A stretch of DNA of 64,000 nucleotides from Iphione sp. A-MEVVRFRX5. Lineage: Eukaryota. The notes beneath the pieces are model-generated. The model searched no databases and had not been told where the DNA came from. It was given only the letters and a program-made list of their open reading frames with translations. Where the stretch lies: assembly GCA_976226885.1 (NCBI GenBank), contig OZ320319.1:37696001-37760000 (forward strand), written 5' to 3'. How positions within the stretch are numbered: position 1 is the first letter of the stretch; the number at the start of each line of letters is the position of its first letter. A program made the position numbers and the translations under genes. Below are positions 35,701-49,665 of this stretch, in pieces.

Positions 35701-38700
35701 CCGGCAGAAGACGCCATTATTTTAAATCAGAACGTTAAACCTTTTTGATTAAGAAAATTAAACTTTGGAAGATATGGTAGGCAGCCTTTACATGATGCAT
35801 CTATTTACTCTTCATATGACGCATCAGCTGCCACCTACGACGGAAAATGTGTAGTATATGGGCAAGTACGTTGGAACCCTGAATAGGGAAGTGGTCGTAT
35901 GCATGACCCAATTAGTAAACTAACGACGCACATGAACAGTTCTGGAACTGTATCGGAGAAGGCGTTGTGCTTCCTACATTTTTTAATAGCCCACTGTGGT
36001 TTTGAAGTATGTGTTTGTGCTGGAAGTATGTTTTGATTATCGAGTCTAATGCCATGACAGTTAAACTAGATTTATTACATATTTAGTAGTAGAGCAATAG
36101 CAAGTAACTGGAGAGCATGAAATATTTTCTAAAGGTGTGTAGCCTGTTAGAATTTCTCGCTGCGTGGGTGGTACATCTATCTACGTACTCCAGCCAATGA
36201 TATTTAATGATATGTATCAACTATATTGAGAACTGATTCCACGGATTCTGGTTGGATGTAGGACAAAAGGGAATTTGAAGGAGGAGCTTATTTCAGCGAT
36301 GTCCAGTGTACCTGAAAGGACCGCTCGTGACTGTAGGGTGGGTGACTGAATAACCTAGAGGATGCATGGACCTTTGAGTGGGAGCGGGGTTTTAAAGGAT
36401 AAGGTGCAGAGCCTGCTTTCAACCACAGCTGCTTACAATAAATAAAACGATAATGTCGTCATACTGGATCGGAATAATTTGTGTTTATACTTTATTCTGT
36501 ATATTTAAGTAATAGATACTTTGTGATTCATAGATAAATCCTATCTGCAATAGCTTAATTTTCACTCAACTAAAGCATGGATGCAATGAGTCCGCCATAA
36601 CTGTCTCAATTTATGGATGTTGTGGGCTTTTGTTTGTACGTGGATCATGTAGATAATTACTAGTCGAAAGAATGTTCCTTCACTCCGAATTTTTTTCCAC
36701 AAATACTTGAAATGGCGCAACATCGTATCTTACGATTTTATCATCCAGAACGTGTTTCTCTGGTTAAGCAATCCATATCCACGGAGTATATGGTTTGCAC
36801 GTGTTTCATTAGCATGTAGTCTAAAGGGCAGTGACTGGGCCGCGAAAGATGAAGCACTATCCGCAGTATACTTAATTAGAACGAAGACTTGCATCAGACA
36901 TGCGAGAATGGGAGAAGGGAGCGGTCGAAGATGTGACTGACATTCATAGTTTCATGTTTGAGGAACATGACGGTAGCTTCAATGGGTGAGCACATGTATG
37001 TTGACAGCCGGGTAGTCTCGTTCGGGAAAACACTTTCAACGTTAATGGTGGAGTCTTTTCTTTTTATAGGAAAAGGAAGTATCTATGCTCATACGGAAAC
37101 ATAAAGGGCTGGATAAATTATTTTCTTTTCATTGAATAGCAGGAGGTTATTTTGCATCGGACTTATTAAGAAGAGAAGTGATAATGGAAAGGTTGAACAA
37201 CTATAGATCGAAAGGTCAAACTTCATTTCATCTGAATAAACGTGCTTATCATTATTTGTTTTATGTTTATAGGTGTGTGTAACCACATGCTCCTGTCGTA
37301 GTTCAGTGTTAGAAGTCCTTTCCTCTCCACCCTTGTGTATGACATGTAGTCAGCCATAATTTGTGACAGTCACGTAGACATATTCCGACAGTCACATAGC
37401 TTCAGAGGTAGTATCGAACGCACAGTGTTAGACGTAATATATGTATGGGACAACCCCACAAGGTTACATAGAGTCAGCCAAACTTTGTGTCAGACATCAA
37501 AAGCAGTCACCAAGGGTCAGATAGTCAATATGAATTATGAAAAATGTCGGAACAGTCATCTACAGTTATGCATGCGGGTACAGAATACATGCGTGTAGCT
37601 CTAGACATATGGTTCTACTCACATAGGGCCAGGCATGCCCGTCAGGTCACGCACATTAATTTGACAAGAATGAAATGTAAGCACGAATTTAAAAGTCTTC
37701 CCCGAGTTCAGGCAAAACATCTATTCGGTATCACGCATAGCAAAGTGTATTTCGTATCGCCACCTCCGACCCAATCCCAAGGCTGCCTAACAGGCACATT
37801 TATTGTTGGAGTAGGTTTGACAAAGAGTCACTTCAGTGAATTTTAAAGAGGCATTATTTTCTAGGAACATAATCAGCATAACGTGTTTAAAAGTCCGTTC
37901 ACCTCCAAGCCCAGGATCCTCGTTGAATACACACGGAATACAATTTTTTAGATCTTTATTTCCACTGGTATAAAATGCATCATGTATGTAAAACCAGTAT
38001 TCAGGTCTGCCTTTACAATGATAATATATATGTATATCCACGTTCTGTAGGGAAAATGAAAATATATAGGACTGCATGTCTAGATATAGCATGCGCGTAG
38101 GGACAAGCGTCCAACCAGGAGAGGTGGGGCCAGTGCTTTGTTAGTAGATTGTCCAATAGTTAATTAGTATCTGACGAGTTTTATATACACTGGCACTTTA
38201 AGTTGGAATGATCTTCCCTTTGAATGCAGAGCTGGTGAGTTCAAGCGAAAAATATTATCGCTATGTACTTAGGTTGGTTAGTTTTTTTTTTTGCAATGAA
38301 TGTTCCTTTCTTATATCCAAGGGTGAATATCTAAGTTTATCAGTATGTGTTTGTATGTGGGCTGTAATTATGTAACATATTGTTGTCACAAACTCCGACA
38401 TTGGAAACGTAGCCAACCATACATAAATGTTTGTGTGTTAGTATGGGGTACATGACAACTGCTATTGTGTGTAATTTTTGTAATTGTAGCCAACAATGCT
38501 TAGGTGTTGAAGGATCAGTGTAAGGTACAAGATGGCATACATTGTATATACTTTGAGTGTCATATACAAATCGCCCAACAGGGTGACTTAGATTTTGCTC
38601 AATAGACGCTTTGATTCTGACTCTGAACCATTTGTTCTAACGAGCATACGCAGTGTATCATACGTGCAGTTTAGCAGCAGTAGCATGACATAGTATACCT

Positions 38701-41700
38701 GGTTCGTTATGAAGACAAAATGCACTGTCCGAAGTCTTCTGAAAAGGGTCCCGTGCAGAATGAATAGGATTTTCTTCGAATTATAGAAATTTCCGAGAAA
38801 ATCTTTATTCCATATTGGCCTCTTACCAAATAAGGAGAGCTACTCTGCAATTTCAGCCACCTCGGTTAATTTCGGACTTGGCCAAAGTGTACCTGTTTTT
38901 CCTCTAAATTCCTCCAGTAAAATACCCGACAGGCCTCATAAATCTATCACCACACATGTCAGCCTCGGCCAGCATTCTTTCGGAAATTCAAGTTTTCGCA
39001 GGGGTTTTGCATTTCACGCGCAGCAGTAGAGTCAAGACTGGTGCAATATTGGAAGGTGAGCACACGTCCGCGTTATCGCCGCCTGGCGATTTGGTTGTGA
39101 CATGTTGGCCCCTGCGCTTGGAAAGCCAGGCAACTTCAAAGGAAGACCGCCAGGCATGGAGTGAATTACTTCGGCCCGTTGGCACTGCCCGGTGGCAATG
39201 CGTCTCCCCTCCGCCAGCCCTCGGTTCCGTACTCACCCATCCTTTTAGGGGCTAACTCGGCATGTGACCTCAAGATGTGTCCAGGTCAACGTATGGTCGA
39301 ATCCGGTTGCCTCAACGAATGCCTCTCCTCGTCCCGAGCCCAATTTAGAATCCATATTCGCTGCCGTGAACATGCTCTTTAGTCACATCAACAGCCCATT
39401 CACTTAACGTGTCGTTCCCTTGGCCAACCTATACATGACTCCTGCCCGCTATCACCTCAGGCGATTCATCCATCTCACTCCCTCTTTTTCTTTCTAAACT
39501 TAGGATACAACAAGAAATTAAGTTATGATAAGAGCCGAAGGCGGGTGTGATGAATACATAAATGGAATTTGACTTTTCTTAATTATTTTGCTTGTTGCAA
39601 AGACTGATTATTTCGTTAAGACATTTATAATCATACCGCACTTATCCATACATACATTGCGTCCCATAGAACAACGAGTGGGGGGATTAAGGGGCTCGTC
39701 TATCTGAGACTGTAAGACAGGCAATGCTATTCGTGTATTTGTTATACGTATAGGTCCTAAGTCTAATTAATGGCACTATTATGTGCGGAAAGTCCACTTC
39801 CTGAGATACAAAGAGTCGTAATAGAAACTTCTGGGTTAAAGCGAGACAGATTTCGGTTACAAGCATTTTATTTTCGCAATTACTAGTGGAAGGATGCACT
39901 ACGCAGGCTATTTCTCTTAGAATAACTAGTCAAGGTAACTGATCTTTCTGTAAATAAAATTTTGCTTTGGAATTTCCAGTCAACAACCAATGTCTTCCAT
40001 TAACATTTCCCTTAAAAGTAAAATTGCTTTATGCGTTAAGGAATGCTTTATGGTGGCAGGGCAAGGACGCAAGGAGGGAGGGAATATAAAAAAAACTTAC
40101 TGAAATCACAGTGCAAAATGCCAAAGGTCATGGGATATGACATTCTATAAGAAGAAGAAAAAAAGAAGACAAAGCAGTGGGAAAATGTTACAGATGGTAT
40201 GAACTAAAACGGTTCCGTTGGCTCTTCTAGTGCTTTTGGCGTCTTTACTATCATATTACTCATCGGTCCTATATGTTTTCTATACAGACTAGTTACAAAA
40301 TTCTCAACTCTATTAAAAGTTGCATATCTCTGGTGGACATGTCGGAGTACATTACACTTTTATATTATATGCGGAATCAGTTATGAATCCTGGTTTGAGA
40401 ACAGTCTATACGCGATGTATTAAACTACATGGAAAACTTCTAAAGGCCAGGGCTCATTGGCCTTTTCGCTCATCAAAAAGTTCCCTCATGAGTCCATTTC
40501 CATCAAGATGTCTCCGTAGCTGCGTTCGTCATTAGATACGGTCGCTGAGCCCCTATAGAAGAGCAGACTCCGTCGGGAGAAGGTGGGCTCCAGACGGACA
40601 GTGGACCTTTGAGCCTTGCGACCACCTGCCAATCATCCTGTCAAGCCCTGCCCGGACTACAAGCACCCCACAGGCCTAGGCTAACGCCTATTGCCTATCC
40701 CGGACGCCTGAGATATGAGACGCAAAACTCGAGATCCAATAATACCTATTCTGATAACATATCGGCCACGTTAGCGGTTCGAACACAAATAGGCTCATCA
40801 GTAGGATAATTGCCATCGTATGTCCTTTGGTAGACCAGCTTGATTGCCATGCGGGAGAGATGAAAGCAGGCTATGGGTCATATATAAAGGTCATGAAAAA
40901 TGAGGTTTCGTCAGGGGAACAAGGTCTAGCGTTTCAATCGGCAATATCTGGTCAGCCCCCATGAATGTGAGCTTGAACGAGCGCGCAATAACAGATCAGT
41001 GAGCTATGCTTTAGGTCTTCGAAACTGTAACAGCCTTCATAGACATGGAATTCGTTAGTCTCAATCGCCATGCTGAATCTTCTCTCATTAACCTAATTTA
41101 ATGTAATTTTTTTTTTTTACAAAATAGTTGATAATATTTGCTACTCTGGCTTTTGAAATCATGCGCGGAAGGTTAAACAACAGCTACTTCCTCAAATACC
41201 CACACCTGCGAATAGGCATCACTATATCCACATGGGGGGATAGTAGGTTATACTGCAAGGCAGTCTACAAGAAGAATGAATTTGATAAGTGGTTCTCATC
41301 TTTCACTATGAGCTGGATCTAACAGGTTGCTAGGTCGTCCCTCGCCACTCTAATCACCGTTGCATAGGGAATAGCGTCGACAGCTCCGACATCACCTCCT
41401 TATCAGCTCATCTGGCTGATGGCTGGTGCTCAGGCTAAGAGGCCATAGATAGGAGACATGTCACCAGGTTGACTGATAAGCCTCCAATCGTGGCTTGATG
41501 GCAGACCGACTAAGGTAAAGGTGGTGTTAGTGGGAGGGCTGTTGACTACAGTGTCAATAATTATGATAAGCACAGGATCCTATACTGATGTTGCAGGTAT
41601 GGTAATGGCATATCTTGCCATCTAATGATGAATATGAAACTAGCCTCATACTCACAGTCCTAGCCTCGCGGAGAAACCGGAACTAAATTGAGTTGATTGA

Positions 41701-42390
41701 ACGACGCCATTAAGATGTTTGATTCAATTAATGTTTCTTCCCACCTGCTTTCTTTTTGTTCCTTTGGGTATTGGTAAAAGAAGTGTGCAGCAAACGACTC
41801 AAGAAGATGACTTCCTTATTTAGATTTATGGACTATGTTGTTTTTTTATATGGACATTACAATGTCACTATTTATATCGATACAAGAACCAACTTGATAA
41901 TAAATCCGCTAGACTATGAGTATGTACGCCACCTACTCTAGTGAAAAAAAGTACTATTTATTTCGAAGCTATCTGTTTGTTTCACTTTAATTTTTGTGTA
42001 ATAATCTTAACTATGACTGTCTTAATTGTGCAGAGTCATAAACAAGGTGAGCGAGTCTAATTAGAAGTGCTAATAATTGTTACTTTATCTTGGAACATGT
42101 AATTTTCCCCTCTTTTGTGGTGAAATGGTCCATACTAAGCAGAAGGACTTGTTAGGACAGTCACCTTTTTGTCAAAAGCATTGCAATAATTACTTATGCT
42201 TTGGGATAAATGCTAATTTGATAAACGCGCGTTAACCATCCTGACGCTTTATTCTCAGATGATACCTCATAGTTGTCAAAAGTATTGAAGCATTTCCTTT
42301 ACAAATAACCTATGCCTAGCCAAAATAGTTGGTAACAAAGAAGTTCAATAACTCCCAATTCCTTGATTATTCAGATAAATGAATTAATAT

Positions 42391-42470
42391 GGGTGGGGAG
42401 TTAGCTCAGTGGTAGAACACTGGTCTGCTGATTGAGACGTCACAAGTTCAATCCTGGGCTTGGGACTCTT
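42391..42470 (+). mobile_element. tRNA-derived SINE-like head (degenerate; not a functional tRNA)
   Basis: A-box tagctcagtgg (42402-42412) and B-box-like aagttcaatcc (42444-42454) at tRNA-like spacing; the anticodon and acceptor stems do not pair. Confidence 0.6.
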
Positions 42471-43739
42471 GATCATGACCAGACAGATTTACTGTAGCCC
42501 CAACCCAGAGCAGTCCACAACTTGTAAAAAGGCTGTGGGTATAGAAGATTCTGTCCTTCATGCATGAAAAAAATCAAAAACCTATTTGAAATAGGAGTAG
42601 GGAGAAACCCTGGGTATTCTTGTTTCTTAACTCTCAATAATAGATGGTAGTATGCTACCCCAGGAAGATAAGGAAGAGCCCTGCCCTGATGATAGGTGAA
42701 TATATTCCTGGTTAAGGAAAGAATGAAATGAACTGAAATGAAATATCTGAGAAATATTTTGTCACTCAGCTCTTCACAAACCTTCCTTATATCTAAATCA
42801 ATGCTTTGAGTGAAAGAAGAGACTCGGGAACAATAGCAGATTTTGTTACGGCTGGAGACAGACGTATGTAGCGAAGTCCCAACGGTCATTATATAGAAGC
42901 TTCAGGAGAGTGGATACCTCCCTTCTGGGAGATGGGGCAATATTGGACGTGATTGGCGCTTCCTATTATTAAGGGTGGCAACCGTGACAAGGGTGACAGG
43001 CATGACACTAACCATCCAGCTTGAACAGGTGTATGCTATGGTTTCCCAAGTTGGCCGAGGTGCCGCAACAACCGACGGACAATCCGCAAGGTCAGCGGCA
43101 ATGGTCTAGTCCTCTGTGGATATCAACTTCTGACAGGTCGAGAACATTTTTATGTAGAAGTTAATGATGTCGCCTACCAGTGAACGTTTTTCTCGCCCCA
43201 CACAGGACGTATTTCAGTACTATCAAAAGATATTTAATCATTAACACGATGCTGCATGCTACCTTGATGCACTATAGATTCTGATTGAGGGGCTACATTC
43301 GGCGAAGATATCATTTCGCAGTTATCAACAGTATATGCACACGTCACTTTTAAGTCAACGTGATATAGATAGCTTTCTAATTCAACAGTATCCTTCATGT
43401 ATATAGTTTTCTTATACTCAAGAGGTCATTTGCTCATTTCCTTTACTTTAAAAAGTGAGGTAACTATATGTGGCGACGAATGGGTTAACCTATATAATTA
43501 TAGCGACAACATAACCTGTTACAAAGAAAACCGATTTGACTGGGCTATAGATGGAAAATTGGCTTATTTATAATCATCGAGACATCGAAAGGAAAACGTT
43601 AGACCTAATCTACGGAATACCCTGAGTCCCAGTGCGAGGAGTGTGATCGACAACTATTCATGCAAATGTAGCATAGGTAGTACACTTCCCGCATGCTTAC
43701 TATTAGTATCCATGGAAACAGGGGTGCCGATGTCCATAT

Positions 43740-44130
43740 AAAATGTTCCTGTTGTGCCGGTATTTTTCTCTCTTTTAAAAAAATTCTCCACCATATTCAA
43801 CTTCCTTTTAGTCTTTACTGCCCCGTTTTTTTCCCACTCGGGTCTGCGTTTTCTATCTATTGTGGGCTTTCATATTGTCTTCTGTCTTTGTTATCTGTCT
43901 CTATTATTTTCGGGGTGTCTCATCTCTTCTACCTGGGCCTGTCTTCTCTGGTCGTTCATATCGTCACCTGATGTCTATTACTGGCTTCGCTTTCCCTTTT
44001 CTTTCCCTACCGTCTATCACATACTCCCGTTTTGTAACTTGTATTTATATTTAAGTTATTTGTTTATGATTCCCCTGTTGTGTTTTTCTCTCTAATCGTC
44101 TGTCTGTGTAGCTCTCTTCTTCTGTCAAAT
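43740..44130. repeat. Pyrimidine-rich low-complexity tract
   Basis: T/C-rich plus strand that produces three overlapping hydrophobic ORFs. Confidence 0.7.
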
Positions 44131-47100
44131 GATGGGGATTTCTTGTATAGGTGTCGTGTCAACTACATTTACATATACAGCATAGCAAGCTGTCTCTCTC
44201 TGCATACATGTCTCTCGTTATATATATGTATATATTTATATGGAAAGGCAATGTAGGCAGAGACAAGAAGAATTGACTTTCGAACATACAAGAACTCATA
44301 CCAATGCGCAGTGCTCTTGATTAATTGGTCTTGCGTGCTAATTGCCGGAAGGGATATGATGAATACTGATAAGAGTCCTGCTTGTACCAAGCTGGAACAT
44401 AGCACACTTTATGTTCCACATCATACCATATTGCCTTGCACATTGAAATTCCGATCACTGGATTTGGAAAGTTCTTTACTTACACCGTACACTGCAACTG
44501 TCGTTTTCGTACCGTTAGGAAGTTTCGTGCTTCGAAATGCAGACGATGCGCCAGTGTGACACTGATGTAAGTCACTGGCAGTGTACCAGGTGATGGTAAG
44601 CCGCAATTGCTCTATACACCTTTGCACCAGCCGGGCAGCCGGACGGCATAAACAGAAGCTGTGGCACAACGTCTCGAAAACACTGTCGTATTTTATGAAC
44701 CTTTAGGGATCATATAGGGTCCCCCTTTAGTAGAAGGCACTTATAGATATGGTTTTCCCTTTCCACCGGGTGTACGAAATTGACAAACCAACATATTAGA
44801 CTTATAATTTAGGGATAGCGAAACTGTGTATGATTGGGTCAACTTGCCAAGATAAGATAAGTTGTTCTGTATGTTCAGTGACCCAAAGTTCAAACAATTA
44901 ACATATTTTAATTTCTTACCGACTATTTATAATCGGTTGTAGAATAGCCAAGCCGAACATTTTTCTGTAGTAAGAGATAACCTGGGTAGTTATTGTTATT
45001 TTCTCTGAACATTAATGCTGACAGGATGACAGAGACCTGGAAATATTAAAGTATTGTTGATTTTAGATGTAATATTAATTTGTATGGGCATGCCACTTTC
45101 TCATTGGACTGCTCAACCATGGAACTGAGGAGATGTAGAATTACGTAAATGGAGTTATGGAATTTGTATGGCATAACCACATGTGGTGACATGCATATTT
45201 TAAATCCACAATTATAGTCAGTTGCGTTGCTCCCATTATAATAATGGAAGTAATCCCATTATTAACGAACATTGCTTCGCGCATTGCGAAAAGCGTTTGG
45301 TGAATGGCGGTGCAATGATCTTTACTTTAAGTAGTACCTGATGGTGGGAAATAAAAAGAGAACGAATCTGTCCGTTCAGAAGCTCTTATTAAAGTGCATG
45401 GCAGAAATAATGCATCAGCAGGTAATGGCCATCTCGTGTGGTGGATTGGAAGAAAAGAAATGTACGAAGCATAGCCGGCCAAAAGCTACCATAAACTGAA
45501 GATCAAAGGACAATCAACCATAAAGGAAGTCAGCGTAATGGTTGAGGGTGATGTAGCACAACGTACGTAACAATTCTGCTGCCAGTGCAGGCCTATAACC
45601 ACGGCATAATGTGTAGAAAAAGTTGGCCATTTGGCCATTCAGTATGCTTTTAGCCAGGAAGATTGACACTGCCGATGCCTATTTACTTGAGCTTGTAATT
45701 CTACTAATTCTACTGAAAAGTAAATAGTGTACTTTATCAATATTCATTTTGGCTGCTTCTTTTGACCATCTGGAAGATCGTCTTCCCTCAGATGAATTTG
45801 ACTTTTTTGTTACAATAAGTACTTCTTCTCTTTCGCCAGTAAATGGATGTCAGCTGTCACAGCGTCTTAAGTGACTGGCAATAACGGCACTCCGTTCCAA
45901 TTTTTTGATTGGCATTTTCCTCAGGTGTTCAGAGGCAACATGGCGCCAGCATGGGTAGGCATTGCTGCCAAAATGGCGCTGCTTCCGTCGTCCAGCTTCA
46001 ACCCGTTGAAATCCTTAATGAAACAGAGAGCGTCTGGGACCCCCTTGATGCCAATGTCATTCACCTAAAGTGGTCTCCTTGTAGCCTTTGGCATTACGTT
46101 TCCACCGAGGTCCATTCGCGGCCAATGGGGAGAAGACTCTTTACTTAACTTCCACCACTTCCTGTGACAAAGCTGTCAGGGAGGACGATTACGCCAAGAA
46201 GTTACCATGTAGGCGAGCTTTGTATTGCATCCTTCCGACGGTTTGGGCTTAATCGTTATCACAGAAACCTTTGTCAATGCAAATAGAAGGAGTAAAGAAA
46301 AATGTACCTTCCGGAACGTACACTAGGAGAATGTGTACAGATGATTAACAATAGTAGAGATAAGTCCAAGACAGCAAAGTGAGAGAATTTAGATTTTGTT
46401 TTATTTTCTGTCACTTCCATTCTGAAACGGGCACTTCTCCAGGGAAAGCAAATGCAGTATCACCATGTAACTTTTATCATTGGGATATTGCAGTGCAGGA
46501 CTGAGTTAGTTTTATACCTGATATTATTATAACTTGGTAATACGCAGTGATCTAAATATTTATTCCGCCAAATTTCTAGAATTCATGATTTCCAGAAGTC
46601 CACTTTGAATGATATGATGAGAGCTGACACGGCAATCATCAGTATTTGGTAGACATACGGGAATATGCTCTTTAAAATGAAGGTGACATTCCTTACATAT
46701 GAGGTGTTCAATTGACAAATTACCGTTATAAATAGGATAATGATAAATCTTCCGTTACAAGAGTCATTATAATGGATTCCGTCTCTTGAACGAATAAACA
46801 ACGACTATCTACATGTACTTGGGAACTAGAGCTGTGTATCACCGACATCACCCGTTACATTCACATTTTAGTCGACCAGTTCCCAGCGCATTAAATATGA
46901 CAGACTGAGTTACGGGCCGTGCTGGACTAAATAAGTTATTTACCAAAGACTAATGCTCATGGTCCCATTTCTTTTGAGGGAAAGACCGCCACGGCTACTT
47001 GACTGATGATGGCCAGCTCCTCGTCTAAAAATTAAGCCTAATGATTTAAGCTACACAGTCTACACTTGTTATATACAAGTACATCGCGTTGCTGTAAATT

Positions 47101-49578
47101 AATCAAAAGGAATACGCTCGTAAAGGATAATATTCTTATGATGACATCATTTTCCAAAATAGTTGGACATCATTTGTTACCAGAAACCCCAAACAACACA
47201 AAGTGTTTCCCGTTGTACCGGGACACACTGTCACAAAATACACGCTAACCAACGCAAAGGTTTCATTCAACACGACCAGATGGTCTAGGGCCGTTTTTTT
47301 TTAGCCAGTAGATGAAGTCAGCATTTTCTTACAAATGGTGCTGTAAGTAACCAAAAGAATATGTACACTGTTGTAAGGATATGCGGAATCATGCGCAACA
47401 AGGAAAGATCCATTGGTTCGCTTTTCACAATGTGGAATAACAATTGTGTACGAAGAAGCCTCTGCAGCATTTGCTCAGTATGTGACATCTTTCCTCCTTC
47501 TCATAAAACAAGGCTTCGGCTAGATCATCAAGCTTCGCCATAGATGCTGCCTTGTCTAGCTGATGATCCAGGAAGCAGTTGCGGAGGAGGGCCGCGCGGC
47601 CATTGAGAGGTCAGTGGATGTCCATCAGACCGAACTTTTCATCTCCGGCGGGCCGAAGTCAACGGCTTATGCAAGGCTTGTGATCTCGCAAATGAAAAAA
47701 GATGACGAAGGAGCACTTCGACGGAGAGCAGAATGACTTCTGATGTTGCCAGAGGTCCCCACCTTTGAGAAAGTATACGTTACTTGGTAATGACTGTCTG
47801 CCCCTTTGCTGTTTGAGAAAATAAAAACAGTAAGAATATACCTGGATTGTCTCAGTAGTAACCCACGTAAAAATTTAAACATACAAAAGACGTAGCAACT
47901 CCAAATCGCGATTGTCTCCGCAGTGCGGGGCTGTTTGCCACACTCGTCTTGCTTCTGCTGTATATCATATATCCTACACTTTCGGACAATATTTTGTCCG
48001 TTATTGAATTAGTTGTAAGTTAGACGCCACCCATTAATGTCATGTCTTGAGCCATTCAAAGTTTCCAGCTCTGACGAGGAAATGAACGCTTCCTCTGGAA
48101 AATGTTCAACGGGTGAAGCCATGTTCATTACCCTGCGATAGCAATCAGCAATCCGGTTAGAAGTATTGCATTGCAGTCCTGACCAGATGTTCGCAGTTTC
48201 GGTCTGTCACTCCCACCGTTTCTTGCGGTATATTTAACTTAATTAGGCGATTTAGAACTGCCTTTGCAAGGCTGCGGGATAGCATAAACAGTGAAGCCGT
48301 AGTAGCGCGGCCGCCATGCCGGAAGCGATCGAGAGAACATCGGCTTCTCCGGTCGGGTTGCCTGCCAGGAGGCAGGTAATTAAAGGATGGCACCGCCTGT
48401 AATGTTAGATCACCTGGAGTTATGGTGGCGACAGACGCTCTGAGCGTAATAAAAAATGCATGGTCATGTATCACCGAGCGTGGCGATCACGATGTCCCTC
48501 TTTATTGTCTGCCAAGTTAAGGAGACTCGTACAAAATCAATGTAGCCGCCTTTCTACCACCCTCCGTGGTCTCATTGAGGTCTAAAACAAGTTAGGAATT
48601 CCGTCTGTTTCTCTGAGTCATCACTTTTCAAAGTGCGCCGGCGCATTAGTGTTTTGCCTCTGTCGCTACATGGAACTGGCTGAAGGCGTGGTTGTTACGC
48701 CAAACGTCCACAGGAGTTCAGTCGGTATCCTATATGCTAACAATCGTGTTAATCACGTCAAGGATTGCTCACTGGTCTGCCACATGTGTAGTGACGCTAA
48801 TAGGCTTTAGACCAGACACAGCCCTGCCAGTCTACTGGCATATTGAACATGTCTACCTGACAGAGTTGATGGCCGCACAAAATAGTTTTTCTTCCCTCGC
48901 CAGCACAAAGTTTCGATTCCGTGCTGTACCGTATTTTCTAATTTGGTTTTACTGTGAGACCACGAAACCAAGTTGTGTAAAATAAAAAAAAGCGTTTTTA
49001 CTTTAAATGGTAAAAATAAGTACCAAATGTTTAAGAACGAAGTGAAGCTTTTTGTGAAGAAATACAAAAATCGACATGACTGTGTTTATGTTAGTACTCA
49101 ACATTCACTCACTCCATTTGTGACGTACTACATTAAAGACAATCACACATACCTACAGTGAAAATTAAAGACTTTCCATGCATGCGGAAATTGTCTCTAG
49201 AATCTGGACTGCATGGTGCGGAAAAAAACGATCTAAGGCATTCTGCCTGAGAGCTTTCCATGCATGTGTGTGCGTGGTGTGTGGTGCATGATGCGGAGAG
49301 GAGCATGGGCAGAAAACAGGCCTGGGCCATAAATTTACAGGTTTTCCACACTTTGGATAGAGTAATAGCATCTAAGTGACAGTAGTCTCAGGTCAACAGT
49401 AAAGAACACTGTCTAACATATGTTAGATAAAGTAAAACAGCTTTAAAATTTGCATATAATTTGCTTTAAAAAAAACTCAGTTTACACAGATTTGGACAGA
49501 ATTCCCTGAGATCTGCACAAATAACTCATAGTATACACAGACTCAGACAGAAGTCCTTGAGATTGGCACATACACTGC

Positions 49579-49600
49579 CTCTCTGTCTCTGTCTCTATCA

Positions 49601-49653
<53 letters not shown>

Positions 49654-49665
49654 ACACACACTCTC
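49579..49665. repeat. Compound (CT)n(CA)n microsatellite
   Basis: Direct reading. Confidence 0.95.

Noticed and set aside
43693-44095. Overlapping hydrophobic ORFs resembling membrane proteins
   Set aside because: An artefact of a T/C-rich low-complexity tract.
44576-44597. tggcagtgta... as a miR-34/449-like mature sequence
   Set aside because: Only the seed region matches, and neither flank forms a continuous precursor hairpin with it.
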